The notes under the pieces are model-generated. The model did not search any database and had not been told where the DNA came from. It was given only the letters and a program-made list of their open reading frames with translations. This document shows, piece after piece, positions 1 through 10,233 of a stretch of 64,000 nt of DNA. Source of the stretch: Asterias rubens (lineage: Eukaryota); the NCBI RefSeq assembly GCF_902459465.1, contig NC_047080.1:12090001-12154000 (forward strand), given 5' to 3'. Numbering within the stretch: position 1 is the stretch's first letter; every line of letters starts with the position of its first letter. A program made the position numbers and the translations under genes.

Positions 1-127
1 TACTCTGACCTTTTTCGTGGGTCAGATCTTGCAGCCATTAAGACTGAGCTGTAGGGGCAAGGGATGGTGGCCACAGGAAACTAACACCAAAGTAATCCTG
101 AATATAAATTCCTTTATTATCTGTCAG

Positions 128-3100
128 GTTGGCCTGTTCACATCCCTGCAGGCCCAGATTGAAGCGACCTTCCCAAACGTTCTTGTAAAGACAGTCAACA
201 AGACGATGAATCAATTACAGCGTATCGAAGAACCAGAGGTAAGATTTATGATAAGGACCTCAAGGTCTGCTAAGTCCTATCTATTACTGCCTTCCACCTC
301 AAGGACCATGGTTCGACCCCAACTCATTTTTGAGTGTGGCTTCACAGTTTTAAATGGTTTTAAGCTCACAAAGGGGTTTTCCTTTCATAGGTTTTTGGGT
401 GATTCCAAAGAAAAGCACTCCAAGGTTGATGTAAAATCAACATTGGAGTTTTGTTATTAATTTCTTACACAAATCACCAGCATGTCTGCCATCTCGGGAT
501 CACCTCTACATTAAGAACAACTTTTTAATCATATTTGTTAACATTTTTCCCCCGTAAACCCCCCCCCCCCAGACCTACCAGCTTCTAGTCAACATCACAC
601 ATCTTGTCAAATGGGAGACGGTTGGTGAAGGTCGCGACATCGCGAGGTCAAAGTTCACCAAAGCATTGACCCCTCATCTGCATTCGCTGTCGACCCAACT
701 CCATCATTCGGATTTACTTATCGCAACGCAGACAATGGAACTCTTGTATCTGATTGGTCGACCGGAGCCAGTTACCATGGTAACTCTGGTCAGAGTTGCT
801 CAGTCGGCGGCCGAGTTTTACTTTACTGCGATGCTTATCAAATCAAGTGAGTTTGTTTGTTTGTTTGGCATCTTGGAAAGGTTTTTTGTGGTTACACAAG
901 AAAAGTTTTTAGCTCAAGCACAAATTCCAGTATGAAACTTTACTTTACTGCGATGCCCATCAAATCAAGTCAATTTGTTCGTTTAGGAATCCAGGCAAGG
1001 TTCTGCGTGGTTTCACAACTGAGGCGTTGAATGCTCCACCATAAATTTCAGTATGAATTGCGATGGCATGCTTTGCCAAAATTGTGCACACTCTGAACAG
1101 CCATTGAGCACAAGAATTTGCTTAGAGAAACAACTGGCTGACAGAAATTGAGTTACCAGCTAAAATTGCATGCACTGTACTTTCCCTGTGACTGGTTCCC
1201 TGCTCATTTTTAATAGCTAGTATAAAATTTGTAAGCGCTAATTTCTGCTAAGCGACTTTATGAAACAGGGTCCAGCAGGATGCTATGTAGAGATTTTAGT
1301 CTGAGAACTTCATCTTTTCAAGTCTAGTGTTCAGTTATGACTAGGGCCCGATTTCATAGAGCTGCTTTAGCACAACAAAATTATGCTTACTAGAATAAGG
1401 TTACCAGCCAATTTTCCATGTCACATGTACAATTTGTGTCTGGTATCCTGCTTATTTTTGCTAAGCAAAAACTGTTTCAGGAATGTTTTCAGCTTTAAGC
1501 AGCTCTATGAAATTGGACCCAGGCAAGTTGGGTGAACCAGGCACTGTGTAAATTTATCCCTCATATTCTAACCATTCTCACAGACACTTTGAACAGACGG
1601 TACATTCTGCGAAACTGTCAGAGCTACCTGTCTATGTGGTGTCGCATCCCAATGGGTCAGCAGTTGATATTAAGGACACTGATGGAGGGACTGACAAACA
1701 GGGTAGGTATAAACACCATAAATAAAGATTGATTTCTAAGAGAGGTTTGCGGTAGCACTATGTGAATAAGAGACGTTAACCATCAGTTCTTTTCAGAACC
1801 AACACTACTCAAAAGAGATATTCACATGGTGTTACCGCAAACCTCTCTTAGTTATACTTCCACTATGCAAAGTTTCAAATCCTACTTAAAGATTGATTTG
1901 AAAGCTTTATTTATTATTCGTGTGTTTTTCTTTTTTTCTTACAAATGAATATTCCAGCAAAACTGTGCCCTGTTTGGAGGGAAGCCGTGCGTTGATGGAG
2001 AAATAATTCCCCTGCGAGACAAACCGACATCTCTACTCAGGGACAACCAGAAGTTTGCCAATGCATCCTTTACGTTACCCGCCAGTAATTCAGCCGTGTT
2101 CCATGCCGGAACGATCGGTAGAGGGCTGAAACCTCAGGACGTCAGACCAAAAACATCCAAGGTACAGCCGTCGATTTCACCAAACTCTTCCTAACTTAGG
2201 ATTAATCTTAGGACTTCGGATGAGTTAAGTTTTGTACAACATACTAGTTAGGACGCATGGAACCCATCCTAGGTTAGGACGAGTTACTTGTCCTAACTCG
2301 AGATAGGATTAATCCTAGCATTTTGTGAAATTGGCTGTAAGACCCCATCTTCAGGCTCAAAAAGCCATGACAGTAATTGCATTGCTTTTTCTCAAATTTG
2401 CAGGGCATCATGGCGATGCTGTTCATACAAAAAAGGGCACTGTGGCAGATTTGTTGAGTTTGCAGACTGCAAACTTTGTCTAAAAGCTATGCAGATATAT
2501 CTACCATTTCTTGCATCATGATCTGCAATACTAAATGCTATTTCAAGTCACTCTGCAAAATAATGAAGAAATGACATCATGAAGAAGAGGATGAAATCTT
2601 CTGTGTGCAATGTAAAATAATGGGGGTTTTTCATCTAGGGTATTGACATTTTATAAATTTAATAAAACTAAAGCCCATAACAGATTGCATTTTAAAGCCC
2701 ATAACAGATTGCATTTGAGTCTAAAGCCCATAACAGATTGCATTTTAAAGCCCATAACAGATTGCATTTGAGTCTTATTCCTTGTGTTCCTGGATGCTAG
2801 AATATTTTCTTCCGATCGTGTCTATTGGTTATTTTCTTCCGATCGTGTCTATCGGTTATTTCCTTCCGATCGTGTCTATTGGTTATTTTCTTCCGATCGT
2901 GTCTATTGGTTATTTTCTTCCGATCGTGTCTATCGGTTATTTCCTTCCGATCGTGTCTATTGGTTATTTTCTTCCGATCGTGTCTATTGGTTATTTTCTT
3001 CCGATCTTGTCTATTGGTTATTTTCTTCCGATCGTGTCTATTGGTTATTTTCTTCCGATCGTGTCTATTGGTTATTTTCTTCCGATCGTGTCTATCGGTT

Positions 3101-6100
3101 ATTTTCTTCCGATCGTGTCTATTGGTTATTTTCTTCCGATCGTGTCTATTGGTTATTTTCTTCGGATCGTGTCTATTGGTTATTTTCTTACGATCGTGTC
3201 TATTGGTTATTTAGGACTTGTTGAGACTTTTCAATGGTCCCTCATGTGGCTTCAGATATTGAACTAGCGTACAACGTGTACAACATTTCAAGTAAAACAC
3301 GATGCAGTTATTATTTTGTTAGGGGGAGGGGGGGGGGGAGTTATAAAGTTGTTATCTAGATTCAAGATTCAGTTGTATTTGAAATATTACAAATAAACCT
3401 CTCAATGTTAATAATAGTAATAATAAAAATTATTTACATAAACAAAATCTTACTATGTTTTCCTTGCAATGTTTTTTATCTTAGGATGAGGTTCTTTGGA
3501 ATTGCCAGTTTTTCCTGAACACCATCTACTCCTGTTGTGGCTTCCAAGACCAATCAACATTGAGACCCTCCCCTTCTCAGTCATCAGTCACTTCCAAGAA
3601 GGTTGAAGACAAAGCTGCTAAGATGCTTTCCACCATGTTGGTGGAGCTAGCTTGCCCTGATGTCACCCATGTGGGTCTCACATGGCCGGAGGAAGAACAC
3701 ATGAAGGTGACTGTCGAAAGGTTCGTTAAATTAATCAGTCAGTCAATCAATCAACAATAGATCAATCAATCAAACAATCAAACAATCAATCAATCAAACA
3801 ATCAATCAGAAGACATTTATATAACACCAAATTCAACAACAAAAATTCAAATGCGCTCAAGAAAGTTTAAACCAAAAAAAATATACAAGTGACCAGACAC
3901 ACAAGGCCTGAAGGCCACTTCAAGGTGTGGGCTACATCCAACTATTTTTCAAGGGGCCGTTACCACCTACTCCTTGTTTGAATCTTGTGACATCTTAAGG
4001 ATTGAGTTTTAACTGGAAATGTTTATTATATATTTTTTTATGTCTTTTTTTGGTGTCTTTTTTTTAACAGAGATTTGTGCGTCAGGAGACGGTTTGATGA
4101 GAATCCATTACTTTGGGACATCTTAGAAATGGTCAGCAGAGGTTAGTTCTTATTTAGAGAAACAAAAGACTGTTCAACAATTTTTTTTTCCTGTATTTTT
4201 TAGGGTTTAACCACTTCACTGTGATAATAAACATACTTCACTGTGTCTCTGTGCAGAACTACTTCTTCTGGAATTTCTGGAAGATTTTTTGTTGTGAGTA
4301 TTGTTGTCATAAAGAAACTGTGACAAAACAATGCAAATATAACAAAGGTTCTTATAGTGTTATATATGTTTCTAGTATCCCAAGTCATATCATTAGATCA
4401 TTAAGTTGGTATGTAAATCTGTCTGTTTCTAGTATCCCAAGTCATATCATTAGATCATTAAGTTGGTATGTAAATCTGTCTGTTTCTAGTACCCCCTGCA
4501 ATGTGTCAGTGCACAGTGATCTTATACAGTCTCCAAGCAACCTTGATATCATTCTGGATGAGTAGCCGTGAAGAGAAAGGCCGGAACGCACCAAGTCAAC
4601 TCCAGGCATCTTGCAGATTGTTAGAATGCTTAAACCAGGTACGTTGCTTTTAACATCTTGTTTCTACAAATAGACAAACCCATTTTGGCATGTCGTGGCC
4701 AAGCGGTCCAGTTCGCTGGCTGGACCCAAGCTCTGGTGTTGTCAGCAGCAGGGTTCGAATCTCGGTCGACACTTGTACCCTCGAGCAAGGTGCTAGACCA
4801 TTATTGCTTCGTAAATAGTTGGGAAGGTAGTGCATCCTGCTCTACCAGCCAGGATCCTTGTGGATGATATCAATGTCTACATTCTTACGGATTTTGAAGG
4901 GGCAATCTTGTTTCAGCCCCAGGAGTAGGTGGCAACGTGCCCCTAGTGACAGTTGATTTGGTTGACAGCCCATTTCAGTCAAGTGTAGCCCTCACCTTGA
5001 AGTGGGTATCCATGTCCTTGTGATGTTATGCGGTAATTAACAATTAAGCCCTAGCACTCACACCATCAACTGACCATTAACTACACAAATAGGCTAGAGC
5101 ATGAAACCCTAACCCTAACCCCACCCCTTATGCACTCTACCTGAGTGCTGCTGTTAGGCAGTTGATTTGGCAGGCAGGACTGCGAGTAAGTGACTTATCA
5201 TTTTAAGTTATTCCCATTATAATACTGACTAAGAAATTAAAGATAATATGAACAATGTTGCTTCTCCCCAGTCTGGATTCCTGCCTCCCCCGCTGTGTTA
5301 CTGCAGTCTGCTCTTTCCTAGTCTGGCACCGAGTGAGATCTACCTACTTCTGACAACTGTCTGGGCGTGTCTTAAGGTATGCCGTAAATAAATAGAGGGG
5401 GGGGGGTTCAAACTTATCACCCTTACAATTTAGAGCAGATGTTTTAACCCCTAAACCACTAAGTGGGTTGTGTGAAGCTAGTTCAGATAATGTAATTAGC
5501 AGAAGATACCTTTTATTGTATCAGGGATAAAAGAATTCAAGATATAATACTCAGGGTGGTCAGGTTGATGTAGTGGTGGTGTCTTGCCTCTCCTTCCACC
5601 TCTAGGACCCTGGTTCGAATCTCGTCAGGGGTACTATATGAACTGGGTTTTCAGTCCCTTCCTGACTGCGTGGGTTGTCCCTGGAATAATTCTCTAGGGT
5701 TTTCCTCCCACATCTAAAACTGAAACTTGTTTCTGTGTCTTCTCTCCATTGGGTCATTTGCTTGTACAGTGATTAGGTTCGCTTTTCTGAGAGTCTTTGG
5801 CTTCACAACCAGAGTTAATAAATGAAAATGAAAATGAACGAATTCAGTTTGACCTTTACATTTTTTAGTTTGATATATTAAAGTTTTAAGACTTTGAATG
5901 TAAATGTTTATTTCAGGAGAACCCACCAAGCGCCACTGCAGTGAATAAGAAAGACGTCAACGGCAGAAACAGCATGTCCTTTCCACCAGGTTAGTTCAAA
6001 ACTTCTCATCGGAAAATATGTTTTACAAATAAGAGGGGACTTTTCTGTTTTTTTTTATGGAAATCTAACAAAAGAAGCAGAGTAGGCTCTGTGCACAGTT

Positions 6101-6788
6101 ATACCGCCAAACAAAACCCTTGCAATTGAATGGTTTACATGATTGGTCAACTCCCTGGACATTGGACCGAAAAGGAAATTTCCATACTTTTTGTTTTTGA
6201 ATTTGGAATCTGAAAGAAATGATAGTTTTGTGAGTCTAATAGTTGTTAAATTTGCATCGGGATTAAGAATATTATTTGGTTTTACTGTCCCTGTGATTTT
6301 TTTTCACAGAACTTTGGAAAGTAGATAGTATACAGTGCTTACACACACGGGTATGAGGGTATAAGGGTCAAATCAAATCATATTTGTGAGACTAATTTGT
6401 ATGGAAAGGTTTGCGGTAACACCATGTAATGACTATCTCTAAATGAGTTGGGGTGGTTCTGAAAAGAACAGTTGGTTTTAACCCAATGTTTCGATCAGTA
6501 TGCTCTGATCGTCTTCTGGAGAAAGCCTACTTCAAGACTTATTTGTGTTAATTCTCTTTAGGCGTGATAGAGAAGTACACTGAAGTGGTACATGCCGTTG
6601 TACACAAGAACATCAGTCAGTTCGGTGAGCTATACAGCCAGTTATTTCCAGCGATGTTGTCGACCATGGGGCAAAGTTTGACACCAGCCGTACAGAGCCT
6701 GACGCAGGCGGGTCAGGGGACGACAACAGGGGCAGCAGGCCAAGCTCCACAACCAGAACCAACCCAGGGCGTTGTATCGTCGACCTGA
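128..6788 (+). CDS. INTS5: Integrator complex subunit 5, 3' portion (5' end lies upstream of the window); 522 aa visible
   Basis: Exons 128-238, 573-846, 1584-1702, 1958-2161, 3485-3720, 4071-4141, 4490-4638, 5272-5376, 5917-5989, 6562-6788 (TGA). All are GT-AG, phases chain correctly, total 1569 nt. Peptides [65 protein letters not shown] and VVHAVVHKNISQFG match recalled human INTS5 motifs ([79 protein letters not shown]). Confidence 0.92.
1344..1520. mobile_element. Palindromic MITE family A (GGGCCCAATTTCATAGAGCTGCT termini)
   Basis: About 24-bp TIRs gggcccgatttcatagagctgctt / aagcagctctatgaaattggaccc. Further copies or fragments at about 1050-1273, 6894-7036, 16177-16343, 17280-17450, 18303-18531, 33496-33660, 35156-35421, 43345-43450 and 57372-57442. 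Confidence 0.8.
1735..1855. repeat. Family F palindromic fragment without ribozyme core
   Basis: aagagaggtttgcggtagcactatgtgaata / tattcacatggtgttaccgcaaacctctctt. Confidence 0.65.
2165..2337. mobile_element. TA-flanked MITE (Tc1/mariner-type ends), family B
   Basis: Ends are CAGCCG..TTTCAC and GTGAAATTGGCTG, with TA on both sides (2163-2164, 2338-2339). An inverted copy lies at 8917-9078 and a related element at about 15710-15855. Confidence 0.75.
2670..2776. repeat. Small higher-order tandem repeat (2 x about 53 bp, each made of two taaagcccataacagattgcattt subunits)
   Basis: Read directly from the sequence. Confidence 0.85.
2802..3212. repeat. 27-bp minisatellite, about 15 copies (ttttcttccgatcgtgtctattggtta), INTS5 intron
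   Basis: Read directly. It explains the YFLPIVSIG-repeat ORFs. Confidence 0.95.
4371..4489. repeat. 57-bp tandem duplication spanning an INTS5 splice acceptor
   Basis: tctagta at 4371, 4428 and 4485 gives a period of 57. Confidence 0.9.
4693..4995 (+). mobile_element. tRNA-derived SINE
   Basis: A-box-like gtggccaagcgg and B-box ggttcgaatc, followed by gacacttgtaccctcgagcaagg. Confidence 0.65.
5566..5725 (+). mobile_element. tRNA-derived SINE, second family
   Basis: tagtggt..gcc..ttccacctctaggaccctggttcgaatc followed by non-tRNA body sequence. Confidence 0.55.
6405..6521 (-). mobile_element. Penelope/retrozyme-like repeat (family F) with decayed minimal hammerhead ribozyme
   Basis: The minus strand reads CTC-CAGAAGA-C-GATCAG agcata CTGATC-GAA-ACAT-T-GGG, followed by the family tail tcttttcagaacc..gagatagtcattacatggtgttaccgcaaacc. 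Confidence 0.6.
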
Positions 6789-7260
6789 CACCCATTAAGA
6801 ACGCTATGGAGATGTGGACTGCAATACCAGGCATGGAAAGCTAATAGTACTAACAAAAAGCACAGCACCACTAATACATAACCATCAATAGGCCTGGGCC
6901 CAAATAATAAAAAAAAGCTGTTAGGCAGAAAATACTGCTTAGCAACTTTCTTTGCTAAGCAAAAAATGAGTGGGGCACAAACAGTATAAACTTAATAGTA
7001 AGTTTCTGTGCTTACAGGCTTTATGAAATTGGGCCATGGAGTTTCATCTTTAAGAGGGCAAGGCCATTTTCATTTTGCGGAGGGCACTTCGATTGGGAAA
7101 TCTTAAAGTCTATAGGAAACTTATAAAGTGGTACCAAGGCTAAGACTATGGACAAATTTGAAAGAGCTGGTAAAGTAGAGAATGATGCTTAACAATGTTT
7201 TGCTAAGCAAAAACAAGCCGGGTACCAGTTACTTATTGTAGTTGTGACATAGTATTTTAA

Positions 7261-7626
7261 AGCCATTGGACCCTTTCGGTTCAGAAAAAAAAAAAAAAAT
7301 CACAGATTTACAAATAACTTACAGGGTTGACAGAAGCCAATAGTGAAAGACTTCTCTTGAAATATTGTTCCATGAAATGCTTTACTTTTTGAGAAAACAT
7401 TAAAACAATATCAATTCTCGATAGCGAGAATTACGGATTTATTATAAACACATGTCATGACACGGACGAAACGCGCACAAACAGGAGTGGGTTTTCCCGT
7501 TATTTTCTCCCGACTCCGATGACTGATTGAGCCTAACTTTTCACAGGTTTGATATTTTTTATATAAGTTGTGATACACGAAGTGTGTGGCTTGGACAATA
7601 GTGTTTACCGAAAGTGTATAATGGCT
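7261..7626. mobile_element. TTAA-flanked non-autonomous DNA transposon (Kolobok/piggyBac-type target)
   Basis: ttaa|AGCCATT..TTTCGG ... CCGAAAGTGTATAATGGCT|ttaa. AG..CT termini with a TTAA duplication are typical of Kolobok (established knowledge). Confidence 0.7.
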
Positions 7627-8600
7627 TTAAGCATAATTCTTGTGAGCATAATTCATTTATCCAGCCCTGAACCAAAAAGCATCCTTGCTCTGAAACAGGC
7701 ATGCAACTTTTCCTTCGATCAGCTGATTTCCTCTTTATTTATTCCCAGTTTTACCATTCAAAAACGAAAAATACTATTTTTTGGTGAACACACAGTTGTA
7801 TGCCTGCTGAAATGATCCACCGCAGCCTCTCAGAAACTCCACAATATTTCAATTCAGAAACGTTTTAAAAACCAACCTCTTCACCCCTGATGATTCTTCT
7901 TGTATGTGCGTTGTATCCCTGGGCAGAAGCACTTAACCAGTCTCTTTTGTTATTATTATTTACTTTGCCAAGCCACTTGGAGGCAAGTTTGCCAACAAAC
8001 AATCTCCAACTGCGCTGTATTTGCCCAACATCGTTTATTGGTATTAGGAAGTGACCTTTGACCTTTGGAGTTAGCATTGGTTGATTTATGTGGTGGTAGC
8101 TCTGACTAACTCTACAGGCGCTTTACAACAACAAAACATTTTAACTACAAAAACTAAATAATTAAAAGATCCAAAAATAAAATCCATAAAGTATCTGTAA
8201 TCTTGGTGTTAATATCAAATTGTTGTAAAGCAAACTTATTTGGACTGTTTGTAAAATCTACAGAGGTATCTTCAGGACTGCAGGTCACAGTGGTAGTCGA
8301 TTTGGAGGGTCCCTTTTGCTAAAATCTCTTAATGCATAAAATGTTTTGTATTTGGGTAAACCACTGACATATGTAAATCTGGAATGATTAAAAAACATAC
8401 AAACAAACCACTCTTGAGTTATTATTGCTTTATTACAAAACAATCTATATAGATTCATTATTAATATTTCAGTTAGTTTAGTTGACTATATAAACTATTT
8501 CATTAGTCCACCCTTATAGTAATGTACCCTTCTATCCTTTTTACTAAAAAGGTTTAAGGAAATTTACAAACCTAACTACCTGATTTACTTGGATCCTTCC

Positions 8601-8858
8601 TCACTCAAGTCACTCAAGTCACTCAAGTCACTCAAGTCACTCAAGTCACTCAAGTCACTCAAGTCACTCAAGTCACTCAAGTCACTCAAGTCACTCAAGT
8701 CACTCAAGTCACTCAAGTCACTCAAGTCACTCAAGTCACTCAAGTCACTCAAGTCACTCAAGTCACTCAAGTCACTCAAGTCACTCAAGTCACTCAAGTC
8801 ACTCAAGTCACTCAAGTCACTCAAGTCACTCAAGTCACTCAAGTCACTCAAGTCACTC
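8601..8858. repeat. Perfect 9-bp tandem repeat (tcactcaag), about 28 copies
   Basis: Read directly. It explains the SLK/SDL-repeat ORFs. Confidence 0.97.
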
Positions 8859-8916
8859 TAACAAAATCCAACACCTACTCTTTGTTTCAACACACCTATA
8901 TTCCAAAAATCCCTTG

Positions 8917-9078
8917 CAGCCGACTTCACGAAACGCTTGGATTAATCCGAAACGCTTGGATTAATCTCGAGTTTAGGACGACTTACATGATGGGTTCAAT
9001 GTGTCCTATTGTCTCTGGTTACTGAACTGAATTCATCCTAAGTCCTAAGTTAGGAAGAGATTGGTCAAATCGACGGCA
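8917..9078. mobile_element. MITE family B, copy inverted relative to 2165-2337
   Basis: The shared segments cctaagtcctaagttaggaagag..aaatcgacggc and ggattaatc..ctcgag are reverse complements of those in the 2165 copy. Confidence 0.7.
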
Positions 9079-9770
9079 GATTCTGACGACCCTAGGTTCA
9101 GACAACCCTTGCGATGTACACATAAGGGTTAGGATAAGGTAAAAGGAAAAGTGTAACTCAACACCCAAACTTTTGGACTCTGATTATAGTGGTTTGCCTG
9201 AGCCAATATTTTAAAGAGTGTTATGTTTTACTTCTATGATGGAACATAACAAATTAAATACACCAGTTTTAACAAAGAGGGTACAAACAATTATTAGCTG
9301 CAAAAAAAACACAATCACTTGCAAAATCTTACTGAAACTAAAACAAACTTTGGCCATATTTAATTGCAAATAATATTTACACACAATGCACATGTATAAT
9401 TAAAATGTTAAACAATGTGCATCATCACCAACAACATAATGGTCCTTTTTAAAATGATGATTTGTGATTTATTAATAAATTAAAATGTTAACATATATAT
9501 ATAAACAAGTGCATACCTTATCTTGTGTTTTGCAAAAACGTGTTAAAAAGAAATATTATGGAAGTATTGCATTATTGTTATTATAATTATTTGCGCAAAA
9601 AGTATTTCTTTAAATAAAAAAAAGATGGAAGTGTTTTGAGGGTGGAAAATTGTACCAAAAACTTGGAAGTTGTTTGGCTTGTTCCATTTCAAGAAAGGAA
9701 ATAATACCCGACTTAAATGAACATGAAAAATATTAACAAATATTTATGTTATCTGCTTTGACAAATGTTC

Positions 9771-9985
9771 AATGTTACCCAGTGCCCAGAATGTTACCCA
9801 GTGCCCAGAATGTTACCCAGTGCCCAGAATGTTACCCAGTGCCCAGAATGTTACCCAGTGCCCAGAATGTTACCCAGTGCCCAGAATGTTACCCAGTGCC
9901 CAGAATGTTACCCAGTGCCAAGAATGTTACCCAGTGCTCAGGTTACCCAGTGCCCAGAATGTTACCCAGTGCTCAGGGCACCCAG
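9771..9985. repeat. 19-bp minisatellite (ccagaatgttacccagtgc), about 11 copies
   Basis: Read directly. Confidence 0.95.
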
Positions 9986-10233
9986 TACCAAGGGCTACTA
10001 GAGATGGATTGAGACTTCTGACTCTACTCCAAAGTTACCCAGTACCAAGGCTTACTGTTTTGTCTCGGATTTGTACCTTGCCATCTTGCGTCCTATATTG
10101 CAAACTTGCTTAATAATTCCTTCACAGAAACTATTCCTCCGTGTTTCCACACTTCATTCCAATAATCATGATCTGTCTTTAATCATACACCTCTAGATAA
10201 TTTGGACGGAGTTGATTTCTCATTTTCATTGTC

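Noticed and set aside
17-460. 147-aa ORF as a standalone gene
   Set aside because: Only 128-238 is exonic (INTS5). The rest is intron read-through.
2782-3267. Three overlapping repeat ORFs, and similarly those at 8585-8861 and 9746-10113
   Set aside because: They are read-through of 27-, 9- and 19-bp tandem repeats.
5105-5125. Telomeric (TAACCC)n seed
   Set aside because: Only about two units, which is expected by chance or inside common repeats.
4693-5640. tRNA genes suggested by A/B boxes (also near 32600, 34760, 39450 and 57930)
   Set aside because: No complete cloverleaf or acceptor stem is present, and the boxes run into shared SINE body sequence.
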